Numbered from the stretch's first letter, positions 51,301-61,201 are shown. The stretch is 64,000 nt of DNA from Ignavibacteriota bacterium (GCA_963787835.1 CAWBEI010000002.1:480001-544000), one strand, 5' to 3'. Notes: generated by a model not told the origin, from the sequence alone. Numbers and translations: made by a program.

Positions 51301-52197
51301 TCATTCAATTATTGGAACTATCTGAATTTTGTTGGACAGTTCGGTACGACCGAAACTTTTCAGGAAGGATTGCAGGGCGTTGAAGCCGGATTGGTCAGGT
51401 ACGACGATTTCCAAAACATCCTCATCGTTGAACGTTAAGTTGAATTCGGGCTTTAACCATTTATCGTCAGAACCAGCGTCAATAGTTTCGTCGCCCTTAA
51501 AACCATGAGGAGACAGTGCGCGCCATTCCCTCTCATCATAATTGCGAATGCGCTCTCCGGTTGGGAGATTTTCTTCGTAGCAGCGCATATAGGAGTCGCG
51601 ATCCTCAAGTTCATTGTGGAGCCTGCGTATAGCCCACATTAGAGCACTGAAGGTTTGCCGCATTGCTTCATCTTCTGGCAGGTTGCCATCTGCAATCGCA
51701 ACTAATTCCCGCATGTATTTTTCGAGTTTGCCGTGTTCGGTTCGAAGAGCCGTTGGGTCCATTGGCGTTCCATCTCCATATTGCTCAGAGAGTTCACGGA
51801 GTCTTGATGCCTGCAACATTTGCAAATAACTTCTGTCCGAACTATATGGCTCCGGCAACACGTCCGGCAAATGATTTAAGTTCTTGAATGCTAAGTACGA
51901 GCCTCCGACACCTACGGAGTCAGTATGCACATAACGGACGGGCGAAATCCGATTTTTTATTCCCCATTCCTTTGTCAAACCAATGGCCACCGGACGCGCT
52001 TTGCGAAGGTGTGGAGCGTCAGATGAAGGCAGGTCGCAAAAACAAACAACATAATTGGTCTGCGTGTAAGGAAACTTGGGGTATGGAACCGTTTCGACCT
52101 GTTTAGAATAGCGGAACCCGCCACAGGCCAGAATCGATTTGCATGCCTCTAATGATGTATAATGGAAAAGCGTGTCAGTACTGATCTTATTGGGCAT
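51301..52197 (-). CDS. AbiGi-like abortive infection family protein
   Basis: LFHYT..IL..GF.., VCFCDLP, IGLTKEWG...ISPVRY and YDEREWR motifs (family recalled, not searched). Confidence 0.7.
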   Translation of the reverse strand: MPNKISTDTLFHYTSLEACKSILACGGFRYSKQVETVPYPKFPYTQTNYVVCFCDLPSSDAPHLRKARPVAIGLTKEWGIKNRISPVRYVHTDSVGVGGSYLAFKNLNHLPDVLPEPYSSDRSYLQMLQASRLRELSEQYGDGTPMDPTALRTEHGKLEKYMRELVAIADGNLPEDEAMRQTFSALMWAIRRLHNELEDRDSYMRCYEENLPTGERIRNYDEREWRALSPHGFKGDETIDAGSDDKWLKPEFNLTFNDEDVLEIVVPDQSGFNALQSFLKSFGRTELSNKIQIVPIIE

Positions 52198-52222
52198 ATC
52201 CCCTCCAAAATTTTACATTATT

Positions 52223-52642
52223 TTACGCCTTCAAAAACCCCAGCTCATACACCATTGGCTGTAACTTTTCCGTCAATGCTTTGTAGGCCGATTCGAAGGG
52301 TTTGAAGCTGACGGGCGGGAAATCGCCGCTTTCGTTACGAGCTTGCAACGCCTTGCGGATTTGATACCACCCCACATCCGCGCGGTTTAGTTTTAGTTCT
52401 TCGCGGACGGTGTGAACGTCAGTATCGGCAAAATATGCTTTCCACAATGCTTTTCCGGCTTCGAGCACTGCGCTGGCTTCTTTCGAGAATTTCTTACCGC
52501 GCATATATTGCACCATAAAATCGCTCTCGAACCTGTCGGGCGCGCCGACCTCTTTTTCAGTGAAGGGAATGAAATGGTTCACGATGCTCCACTTCTTTCC
52601 GTTCCATTCTAAATCGTTGGCGCTGGCGGTGAGGTTGCTGCC
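52223..52642 (-). pseudogene. C-terminal fragment of a large restriction-modification-like protein
   Basis: NHFIPFTEKEVGA..FESDFM and R.DVGWYQIR motifs; the ORF-track N-terminus is translated repeat. Confidence 0.6.
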
Positions 52643-52651
52643 TAAGAATTT

Positions 52652-52751
52652 AGTCCCGAAGGGATGGTGTACTCGCAGCCCAGGGTGTAGCGTAGCGGAA
52701 CCCTGGGTTCGAGGTAGGTATAAATTTCTAAGCCCCGAAGGGGCGATGTAC
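52652..52751. repeat. half palindromic unit
   Basis: gtactcgcagcccagggtgtagcgtagcggaaccctgggt..agccccgaaggggcga, homologous to 51073-51170. Confidence 0.8.
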
Positions 52752-53093
52752 CTAATCATCGTCCTTCAAAAAATATTTTGGATCGTATTCAATCCCTGCC
52801 GCTTTCAACATATCCTCAAACTCTTCTTGGAACGTCTTATGACGATGATGTTCCTCTTGATTTTCGATGTATTGCGCGACATTCTTGAGATGACTTGCGC
52901 TTACGCTGAATACACCATAACCGCCTTGCCAGCTAAAATCTTTTCCTAATTTTGATTTCAACCAAGCCGATGATTTCGATTTTATCTCACGAACGACGGT
53001 TGCGACCGACGATTCACGACCGAGATCGATCAGGAGGTGCACATGATCAGGCATTCCGCCTTCCATAATCAATCGCGCCTTGCATTCGTGCAA
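52752..53093 (-). mobile_element. tnpA: IS200/IS605-type Y1 (HUH) transposase TnpA, 5'-truncated
   Basis: DHVHLL HUH motif, WQGGY, YIENQEEHH catalytic Tyr; N-terminal strand missing. Confidence 0.88.
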
Positions 53094-53101
53094 GATCGGA
53101 G

Positions 53102-53378
53102 GTTAACCCAACATTCCGTCCGCCGCGGCGGACTCCATGTTGGGCTGCGAGTACTCCGTCGCTCCGCGACTATTGAATCTCAGTGGCGAAGCCACGATGT
53201 ACTCGCAGCCCAGGGCGCGCGAAGCAAGCCCTGGGTCATGAATTTTAACAAAATCAAGCCCTGTAAGGGCGGTGTACTTCGCCCTTTCAGGGCTTGATAA
53301 AAATAAGAATGGTTCCGTTAACCCAACATTCCGCTTCGCTCCATGTTGGGCTGCGAGTACTCCGTCGCTCCGCGACTA
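53102..53378. repeat. half unit plus full palindromic unit
   Basis: gttaacccaacattcc..tccatgttgggctgcgagtactccgtcgctccgcgacta at ~53102-53172 and ~53317-53378; agccctgtaagggc/gccctttcagggct centre. Confidence 0.85.
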
Positions 53379-53817
53379 AGATTCGCCAACAAGTGCATCC
53401 ATGATTGGAATATTTCTCCGGCGGGAATTATCGTGCAAGCAACATGTCACGAGATTATCGTATGAATTATCCCCGCCTTTTGTGACAGGCTGAATGTGAT
53501 CGAGCGTCGCGCTGAATCGTGTTAGCTGCTTACCGCATTTGTAACACTTGTAGCCGTCCCGTTCGAAAATCTTGAGACGATTTTCAGCGACATTGTAAAA
53601 GAGTGCCGAATTCCACGACCGAGTGACGAAACAAATACCAATAGAATGCGGCCTCGTATGGTAACAATCGGGGCTGAAGAAAATCCACAATCTGACAGAC
53701 GATACCTGGATGTTCGAGAGCGTCGAAGTTTCTCTCGAACGAATCCGGAGCGGCAGCCTTTGAATCCGTTTCGATCTCGTTAAGCAGTTCTCGAATTTTT
53801 TCGATTTGTTCTTTCAT
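53376..53817 (-). pseudogene. HNH endonuclease gene, disrupted
   Basis: N-terminal part 53584-53817 is out of frame with RDGYKCYKCG..TLDHIQP..GGDNSYDNLVTCC (53376-53600). Confidence 0.7.
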
Positions 53818-54265
53818 ATTTTTACAAAATTACGAATAAACTCATCTTCCTGCGTTTCGATCTTGAAGGAAACGAGGTGCGTACCGATATACTGCGAGAC
53901 GGTGTCCAGCGCTTCCTGCGTAACGTCGCTCGCCCGCTTGCCCCACTTGATCGTCTTTTTTTCGAGGAACGGAATAACGTCCGCGCTCTTCATTATAGCC
54001 GCTTTCTGCGTATCGACCACCGCAAGAAATGGCGGAACATACTCGCCCTTGTTCAATGCCTGCTGCACATAATGCAGACCGCCGCGGCGGACGTGAACAT
54101 CGCATAACTGGAAAGCTTGGAGTTATCCTTCGCCTCGAACCAAATTTCTTTGGTTTGAATATCGATCAGGTTTTTCGAATACCCCTTCAACCCCAGCGCC
54201 TTGATGTAAATATCCTTCACATCCTCCTCGCTTTTGCACTGTTTCAGTTTTTCAAAGAGGGTCAT
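53814..54265 (-). pseudogene. N-terminal fragment of a restriction-modification-like protein, frameshifted at a palindromic insert
   Basis: SEEDVKD..ID....WFEAK..MFT..LHYV (PD-(D/E)xK-like); frame break at 54078-54091. Confidence 0.6.
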
Positions 54266-54370
54266 GCGTGTGAAGGGTTATGGATTGGGTTATGAATTCG
54301 GGATTGATGCTTTGCGGGCGCGGGAAAGAACATAGTGGGCACCTATTTCGTGTTCCATCCATCCCACGAT

Positions 54371-54462
54371 TTGTGCCGTCCCTCCGGGACTTTTAACTCT
54401 AAAAAAATCGCTAACCCCGGACTCACGTCCGGGGCTACGAATATGTCGTGCCTATCGGCACT
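54371..54462. repeat. half palindromic unit (right end of island), inverted relative to the left-end units
   Basis: ttgtgccgtccctccgggact..aaccccggactcacgtccggggctacgaatatgtcgtgcc. Confidence 0.8.
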
Positions 54463-54854
54463 AAGAAAATAATTTGGAATTTTGAGGCGTCTCGGAAAAG
54501 TGTCGTATATTAGGTGGTGAGATGATGGGCACCTATATCAATTACGAATTAAGAATTACGAATTAAGAGTAGGGGCTCGGGGTTCATTGACAATCGTCGG
54601 CGGTGGCTTTCGTTATGAACGAGTCCTTTGAGAAAATGGATTTTACTATTCTTTCAGAACAAATGGCGAAAGCAGCTCGGAAACGAGGGGTCTTCGGGAA
54701 CTCACAAGAAAAAGAAATGGCACCTATTTCCAATAGAACATTAGTAAGGGTGGTAAACATTTTTACCTACGTACCGGGAAACGGGAAGGAGCAAAATTCG
54801 TTGTGAAGGTACTCTGGCACGTTTAGCCGGAACATCCTCCATAATCACGACACG

Positions 54855-56114
54855 TTGCCTTTGATCGAACCACCCTCCACTCCCACTGGAAATCCGGTCC
54901 CGCCGGATCTGCCACCCGATCCACATATCATGGATTACGTGGTGCTTGCGACCAGCCGTAAGTGGACTATGCTTGCGATCACGCTCCTGTGCGGGTTTGG
55001 AGCGCTGGCACTTACCTATATGTTGCCACAGGTGTTCATGGCGCAGGCGACGTTGCTGCCGCCGGATCGGCTATCCTCCTATAACCTTCTATCGAAGTTC
55101 AAGTCGGGTTTCGCCTTGGAAATGTTGAAGGAGGTGGAAAATCCCTCCGTCGATCTGCTCCAGAATATTCTGGAATCCCGTTCGCTCGATGAGCGGCTCG
55201 CTCAGGATAGTGCGATCCATCGCTATTTTAGCGCGCAGGGTCTGCATGGGAAAGAGTTGGTCCTTGCCGTCCAAAAATCGATCAAGGTTTTACCAGGATT
55301 TTCGAAAGTGGATGTTCAGGGAACCGTGGGTACAGGTTGGTTCCCAACCGGAGCGCAAAAGGAGAATGCCAGGGTAATGTCATCGTATTTCACGAATCTG
55401 GCGATCGACTGTATGGATAGTACGCTCCGAGCGGCTATTCGTTCTTTGGCTCACTCGACGATGCTGTTTGCCGATTCCGATTATGCGCTTAAGAGCCGGG
55501 AATTGGATTCTCTTGACCGCGTTCAGGAAGCGTTTGAGCAAGCCAACGGAGTCGTGAAATTGGAGGCACAAACCATAGCTTCCATCGAGCATTTGGGCGA
55601 ACTGAAAGCTGCTCGCGATGAGGCAGAGATCAAACTCCACCTCCTCGAATTGGACTTGTCCGATGATGACACTAAAAAGGAAGAGGCCGTTGCAAAGCTG
55701 AATGAAGCTGAGTTCGTCGCCAACACGTATGAAACGGAACGGCAGATCGGCCCCGCATTCGACTCGCTTCCGGAAGTAAGCCGGCGTTATGCAGAATTAC
55801 TTCGTTCCAGGAAAGAATTGGAACCGATTGTTTCCTTCCTCCGAATAGAAACCGAGCAACAGCGGATCTTCGAGGTTCGAGAAAAATCCTTTATCACAGT
55901 TTTAGATCCTGCGGAACCTCCGGAAACCCGGATTAGCCCGATACGATCCCAGATGGGAATTCTGGGATTGATTGTCGGCGCCGCTCTTTCGATCCTGTAT
56001 ATGGCCTTCTATGGGCTGCGTCTTTCCTGGAAGAAGGAGCGAAAATCGCGCAATGAGACCAGACCGGAAGTATTAGAAGCCGCAAAGAGCATCTTTGCCC
56101 ATAATAACCTATGA
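54855..56114 (+). CDS. Wzz/Wzc-like polysaccharide chain-length determinant
   Basis: two TM segments around a coiled coil; ATLLPP and VLDPAEPPE..SP motifs; start uncertain. Confidence 0.85.
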   Translation: MPLIEPPSTPTGNPVPPDLPPDPHIMDYVVLATSRKWTMLAITLLCGFGALALTYMLPQVFMAQATLLPPDRLSSYNLLSKFKSGFALEMLKEVENPSVDLLQNILESRSLDERLAQDSAIHRYFSAQGLHGKELVLAVQKSIKVLPGFSKVDVQGTVGTGWFPTGAQKENARVMSSYFTNLAIDCMDSTLRAAIRSLAHSTMLFADSDYALKSRELDSLDRVQEAFEQANGVVKLEAQTIASIEHLGELKAARDEAEIKLHLLELDLSDDDTKKEEAVAKLNEAEFVANTYETERQIGPAFDSLPEVSRRYAELLRSRKELEPIVSFLRIETEQQRIFEVREKSFITVLDPAEPPETRISPIRSQMGILGLIVGAALSILYMAFYGLRLSWKKERKSRNETRPEVLEAAKSIFAHNNL

Positions 56115-57508
56115 GCAACATACGGATCCCCGAGCATGCTCTCGATCGCAGAAGGGTGTTCTTCTCGATACGGATGGTAAAGTATTTCCTTTGCTGGCTG
56201 CTCCTCTGGCAGGATGGGATGGTTCCCGGTTCATTACTTCAACTCCGGACCTTCATCCCCATACCGCACGACATCACGATGATGGAGGTGTTAGCCGCAA
56301 TGCTGTTCATCGTAGTACTTATCGAGCGTTCGATCACACTGGATTTCACGATACGGCGATCCTATTTCAGCGGTCCACTCCTGTTGATGGCGCTGGCGTT
56401 TTTTATCTCATGGTGCCGTGGGAGTTATATGAAACAGCAGATCGCGTTCATCCTGGAATTCCACGATGCCTTTGAACTTCCATTCACATTCCTTCTTATT
56501 AGTTCCGCATTTCGCGATGAACAAGACCGGGAAATGCTATGGAAGCTGCTGTTCTATGCCATTATTGCAAAGGCATTCGATGGAACATACATCTACTTCT
56601 TTTCCGCCCGGCCTGAAAAATATTGGGGCGTGGTGCAGTCCTGGCGGGATGGCTACCTTCTCGGAATCGGATCGATCGGGTTCCTCTTGTTGCTCCAATA
56701 CCACGGAACATATCTTCGACGTCTGAAATGGCTCATGATCGCAACCTTTCCTGTACTGGCGCTCACCTTTGTCATGAGCTTCCGGAGAACATTTTTTGTC
56801 GGGGCCTTCATTTGCATGGTGGCAATGTTTTTTACTCTTCCGAGTGAAAAACGAAAGCTGCATCTGTTGTTAGTAGTTTGTGTGTTGGGAGGATTTCTCC
56901 TCACCGTCTTTCTGACCAACCCTCTGGAAGTTGCCACGCGTCTGACCGGTATCGTTGCACCCCAGAATGAAGGTTCTGCCTTCATCCGTCTGATGGAACT
57001 TCCAAACGTCGTGCAAAATATCCTGAGAAATCCCATTTTCGGTGTACCGGTAGGTATCCCCTGGACGACCTACTACCGCATGCCTGTCTCCGCAGTTTAT
57101 ACGACGCTTGGCACGCATAATACGTATCTGTACTGGTCTCTTCGAGCCGGTATCGCCGGCTCCATTGCCTTTATCTGGCTGATCTGTAAGATATGGAAAA
57201 CTGCCCTCATCAACTATCGGCTTCGAAAAACAGAGGAGGACTTCCTGTTCAGCCAGTGGGGTATTCAGATGATGATCATGTATCAAGTAGCTTGCTTTTT
57301 TGGACTCATGTATGGTGATGCAATGTCTGGTGTTATGTCAGTGCTGATGACGGTCTTTCATCTCCAAACCAAACACCTTACTGGACGTTCGAGTCTGCGA
57401 GAGGTGGCATTCCTGAAAACGATGCGAGCTGGAGAACTCGTTTATAAAGAACCTTTCCTCCGCAAGCTGTATGGTCTTTATAGGAAACGTCCTCTCGCTA
57501 TTCAATGA
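56111..57508 (+). CDS. O-antigen ligase/polymerase (Wzy_C) family protein
   Basis: many TM segments; SFRR, R...PIFG and HNTYL..GIAG motifs. Confidence 0.8.
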   Translation: MSNIRIPEHALDRRRVFFSIRMVKYFLCWLLLWQDGMVPGSLLQLRTFIPIPHDITMMEVLAAMLFIVVLIERSITLDFTIRRSYFSGPLLLMALAFFISWCRGSYMKQQIAFILEFHDAFELPFTFLLISSAFRDEQDREMLWKLLFYAIIAKAFDGTYIYFFSARPEKYWGVVQSWRDGYLLGIGSIGFLLLLQYHGTYLRRLKWLMIATFPVLALTFVMSFRRTFFVGAFICMVAMFFTLPSEKRKLHLLLVVCVLGGFLLTVFLTNPLEVATRLTGIVAPQNEGSAFIRLMELPNVVQNILRNPIFGVPVGIPWTTYYRMPVSAVYTTLGTHNTYLYWSLRAGIAGSIAFIWLICKIWKTALINYRLRKTEEDFLFSQWGIQMMIMYQVACFFGLMYGDAMSGVMSVLMTVFHLQTKHLTGRSSLREVAFLKTMRAGELVYKEPFLRKLYGLYRKRPLAIQ

Positions 57509-57518
57509 GCTTAGTTCC

Positions 57519-59984
57519 TTACACTAATCTTCTACGCCAATAGATTGCGCACAGGAGAACTATAACTGCAGTAGCCACTGAGCACCCTGCACCAATAATG
57601 GCACTGTATGGCTTGAATATAAAAGAAATATGATGTTGCCCAGGACTTAGAAAAACCGCACGCATCGCGAAATTTGCTCGATAGATCGGCTGTTCGCGGC
57701 CATCCACATAACACTTCCAGCCAGGATAATAGGTATCCGACAGCACGAGATAAGCAGGTCTTGAAGGATTCGCAGTAATATCAACCTCGTTATCCTCTTC
57801 TTTTATAATGTGTGTCGTGTCTGGAATGGCTCCAATTGCCGAAGAATTATAAACGTTAGGTGTAGGACCGGAACTCGCTGTAAAGAGTACCTCATTATGA
57901 TCGTTGCTTTCATCAAAAATAGCAGTGAGCACAGCCGAGTCGTTGGGCAGAACCTTTGAGCGATAATACAATGTGGCCCGGTTACGCACGCACGTATCCG
58001 AATAGATCATCACCGCTCCCGAATCAGCGACAGGCAAGGTTCCCGGCGGAACAACACCAGGCACGAACATCAGGTATTTCACTCCCATGAGTCCCAGGGC
58101 GTGTGTATGCGGCGATGAACCGGAAATGGTATCGAGGTATGGATAAAATGACCGTAGAACTTCGCTTTCATACCCGGTTACTTCGGAGATGCCATACAGC
58201 GAAGGAATGTTATCAAGAAAAAGGTACTGACGCCCCGGATACCCGCGTCGGACAATAAAGGCGCGCTCATCGCCAAGATGGGATTTCAAGTATGTAATGG
58301 AGCTGTGTGTCGGTTGTAACGGGAAGCGATGTGGATCGAGCATTGGGAGATAGCTGAACCACCAAAAAATACTATGAAGAAACGAACATGCAAACAGCGC
58401 CATAATAAAATAACGCTGATAGGAATGTGACCATCGCTTCCAACGCAGGAACAACAAACATACTGCAAAGACTACCCCAAACGGAACGAGCATCATCGGC
58501 GAAAGAACAGAATAGTGCTGAAACGTGTCAGCGACGCGATCGTGAACCCAGCCAGCATTTCCATCTGCGAACGGTGTTCCTGCAGCATGCGAGAAAAGGA
58601 ACGATTCCATTGCGGAATGGAGCGTGGGAATCAAGGCCAAAAGCAAATTTAAAAGTATCAACAGCGTAAACCCAGCGAGTCCAGCGCGAACGGCCCACCT
58701 AGCCCATTTTCGTCCCCGTTCGCGGAGTTCAGCGTTGGTAAGAAACGCTTCGAGCCGTTCGGCAGCAAGAACCGCAAGCCCCAGCGTTCCGACAATAAAA
58801 AAACGATGATACAGCCACGCAAAGAGCGGTGTAAAGATCGGTAGCAGAAATCCCGCGGCTACAAGCCAGACGTAGGGACGAACATCCTTTTCCGAAGAAC
58901 GCATACTGAATATGGCCCATACCCCAAGTAACATTTCGGCAAACCCAAGATATCCACTGAAATCCATCGGATATAGCCCCACCAAGGATGTCACGCTCAT
59001 GCTTCGGACGATCCCCATCGTTTCAGGCACAAAAAAAGTGAGAAGCAAGAGAAATGAAAGCAAACGATTGATCAACGAGTACGAGTGCGCGTGTGCCGGA
59101 GAGTAAAGGGTTCCATGCTTCGTTACTTCTAAAAACAGTTCCATCGCGGGCACCCACATAATAGCAGCAAGTGCTAGCGCCACGCCCAAAGGGATTCCAA
59201 TACTTCTAAATACTTTTCGCATCCACAATCGCAGCCGCATGGTCCACAATGCTTCCGAAGACGCTATACCCCGTGCAGACCATCCAGCATTCACTATTAC
59301 AATGGTGATCGTCGCGAACCCGACAGACTGAATGGTTGAGCCGAGCAACGCGAGGCCAAGAAAAAACCCTGCGGCCAACAAATAGCTGGGCGATCCCTTA
59401 CGATGATATAGGAATGACATCGCAAGTGAGAACGGTATCCAGCAAAAAGTAGCAAGTGCCCATAAATTGAGCAGATCGGTAAGAAACATCCCATTGAATA
59501 TCCACGCCGATGCGAACATGGTGGCAATAATGCGTCGCCTGCCATGCACTCGGAGCAGCACATACATTCCTACTCCGGCAGTAAATAGCTCCAGGATTAT
59601 GATCATGTTGAATGCGAACGGTAGGTCGAATGGAATAAGAAGGAGATTAAAGACATCGTATGTTTGCCGCGATGTGGCATACTGCGGGTATCCATTCAAG
59701 ATAAGAGGGTTCCAATAATAGAATTCCCCGTTGCGGAACGCGTGTTGCGCAGCGACCTTCCACGGGTAGCTCTGCATCAATCCATCGGTAAAATTATGAT
59801 TGTATGCTTGCGGAGGGCCGAATTCGCTCGAAAACGGAAGCGTCATCGTATCGAATTGATCGGTAGGCAGCAATAAGCGCCCCTCGAAGAGAACCGGCCA
59901 AAAAACGATCACGATGAGGATCCCAAGGAACGAGAGGCAAATCGCGTCTTTCCAACAGCGCTCGAACAGGCGAATTCTCATCAA
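57519..59984 (-). CDS. YfhO family membrane glycosyltransferase-like protein
   Basis: WNP...GYP near the N-terminus; LVLSDTYYPGW..VDG....RAN..RAV.L.PG.H near the C-terminus. Confidence 0.85.
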   Translation of the reverse strand: MMRIRLFERCWKDAICLSFLGILIVIVFWPVLFEGRLLLPTDQFDTMTLPFSSEFGPPQAYNHNFTDGLMQSYPWKVAAQHAFRNGEFYYWNPLILNGYPQYATSRQTYDVFNLLLIPFDLPFAFNMIIILELFTAGVGMYVLLRVHGRRRIIATMFASAWIFNGMFLTDLLNLWALATFCWIPFSLAMSFLYHRKGSPSYLLAAGFFLGLALLGSTIQSVGFATITIVIVNAGWSARGIASSEALWTMRLRLWMRKVFRSIGIPLGVALALAAIMWVPAMELFLEVTKHGTLYSPAHAHSYSLINRLLSFLLLLTFFVPETMGIVRSMSVTSLVGLYPMDFSGYLGFAEMLLGVWAIFSMRSSEKDVRPYVWLVAAGFLLPIFTPLFAWLYHRFFIVGTLGLAVLAAERLEAFLTNAELRERGRKWARWAVRAGLAGFTLLILLNLLLALIPTLHSAMESFLFSHAAGTPFADGNAGWVHDRVADTFQHYSVLSPMMLVPFGVVFAVCLLFLRWKRWSHSYQRYFIMALFACSFLHSIFWWFSYLPMLDPHRFPLQPTHSSITYLKSHLGDERAFIVRRGYPGRQYLFLDNIPSLYGISEVTGYESEVLRSFYPYLDTISGSSPHTHALGLMGVKYLMFVPGVVPPGTLPVADSGAVMIYSDTCVRNRATLYYRSKVLPNDSAVLTAIFDESNDHNEVLFTASSGPTPNVYNSSAIGAIPDTTHIIKEEDNEVDITANPSRPAYLVLSDTYYPGWKCYVDGREQPIYRANFAMRAVFLSPGQHHISFIFKPYSAIIGAGCSVATAVIVLLCAIYWRRRLV

Positions 59985-59993
59985 AATATAAGG

Positions 59994-60380
59994 TTACAAC
60001 AGAACGAGGGTCGTCATCAAGTGTTCAAGTTCCTCAGCTGGATTCGTGCAGATTCCAGAGTGCACTTCCGAAGTTTGGATCATCGTGCTTTTCGGCGAAA
60101 CAAGCCAGTGCCAGCGCTCATGTTGGGGAAGTTCCCCAATCGGCCCTGCGCCAATTCCACCCTCACAAATTTTTGGAACAAGCGATAAATGCCGCTCGAT
60201 CTCTGAAATATCAACTTCCGGAAAAAGAGACCTCAGGCGATCCAAATCAAGATGAGCACGCGCATCCAGATAGCGAAGCGTTCGCGCAAACACGATCACG
60301 CCCGCGTTGATAAATTCCGCGCGCTCGACACGCGGAACAATGCGAATCACCGCATAATCAAATGAGATTAGCTCTGGCAT
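59994..60380 (-). CDS. DUF3037 domain protein
   Basis: YAVIRIVPRVER.EFINAGV and ERWHWLVSP.ST.IQ.S.VH.G motifs. Confidence 0.88.
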   Translation of the reverse strand: MPELISFDYAVIRIVPRVERAEFINAGVIVFARTLRYLDARAHLDLDRLRSLFPEVDISEIERHLSLVPKICEGGIGAGPIGELPQHERWHWLVSPKSTMIQTSEVHSGICTNPAEELEHLMTTLVLL

Positions 60381-61137
60381 TTATTGCTTCCCGTTCAAAA
60401 ATATTCGATGACTCAAGCCGCTTCATCAGAAAATCAAAATATGCCCCTCGATGGTCCCTAATGCTCTCGAAAAAAGGCTCGCCTTCCATCCATTCATCGG
60501 GAATAAGCTCAACAATCGATTGAAATATATCTTTATTTAGTATTCTTTTAAATTTTTCACTGGCATCATTAATGTTTTCGGCAAAACGAAGTAGGACATG
60601 ATCCTTGACCGCCACGAACGGACTTCCAAATTTATCGGAAGCCGTCTCCCATTGATGATGGAAAAAAAGCGATGCTCCGTGATCGATCAAATAAAGTTTC
60701 TTATGCCACATCAGCATATTCGTGTTGCGCGCCGTACGATCGACGTTCATAATGAACGCATCGAACCAGACAATTTCCGATGCAAGACTTGTATCGATGG
60801 TGTTCGCTACGGGATCGAACGTGATGGAGCCCGGAAGATAATCCATAGCAAGATTAAGCCCAGCGCTGGATTCAAGAAGCGTTCGGATCTCATAGTCAGG
60901 TTCGTTGCGACCCAACATGGGATCGAGCTGCATAAAAGCCAATTGCGGCACCGGCAACCCTAGTGCTCTGCCAATTTCACCTGCAATCAGTTCAGCAATG
61001 AGCGCCTTCCCACCCTGCCCTGCTCCACGGAATTTTAGGACGTAAAGCCCATCGTCATCCGCTTCAACCAGAGCAGGCAATGAGCCACCCTCCCGGAGCG
61101 GTGTGACATAGCGGGTTGCGCGGAGAGTTTCAAGCAT
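60358..61137 (-). CDS. HipA-like kinase
   Basis: REGGSLP..YVLKF, NVDRT..N.N and LIDHG kinase motifs; overlaps the DUF3037 gene. Confidence 0.85.
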   Translation of the reverse strand: MLETLRATRYVTPLREGGSLPALVEADDDGLYVLKFRGAGQGGKALIAELIAGEIGRALGLPVPQLAFMQLDPMLGRNEPDYEIRTLLESSAGLNLAMDYLPGSITFDPVANTIDTSLASEIVWFDAFIMNVDRTARNTNMLMWHKKLYLIDHGASLFFHHQWETASDKFGSPFVAVKDHVLLRFAENINDASEKFKRILNKDIFQSIVELIPDEWMEGEPFFESIRDHRGAYFDFLMKRLESSNIFEREAINARANLI

Positions 61138-61201
61138 TGGACATGAAACAGTAATGTTGCGGGAGTAGTCTCCCGCTATCTCACGTTTTGCTGAACTCAT
61201 T

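Noticed and set aside
50725-54462. CRISPR array or classical integron
   Set aside because: Units are long, irregular and inverted with no regular spacers; no cas gene or tyrosine integrase is present
54718-54732. Sigma-54 promoter (TGGCAC)
   Set aside because: The -12 TTGC element is missing at the required spacing
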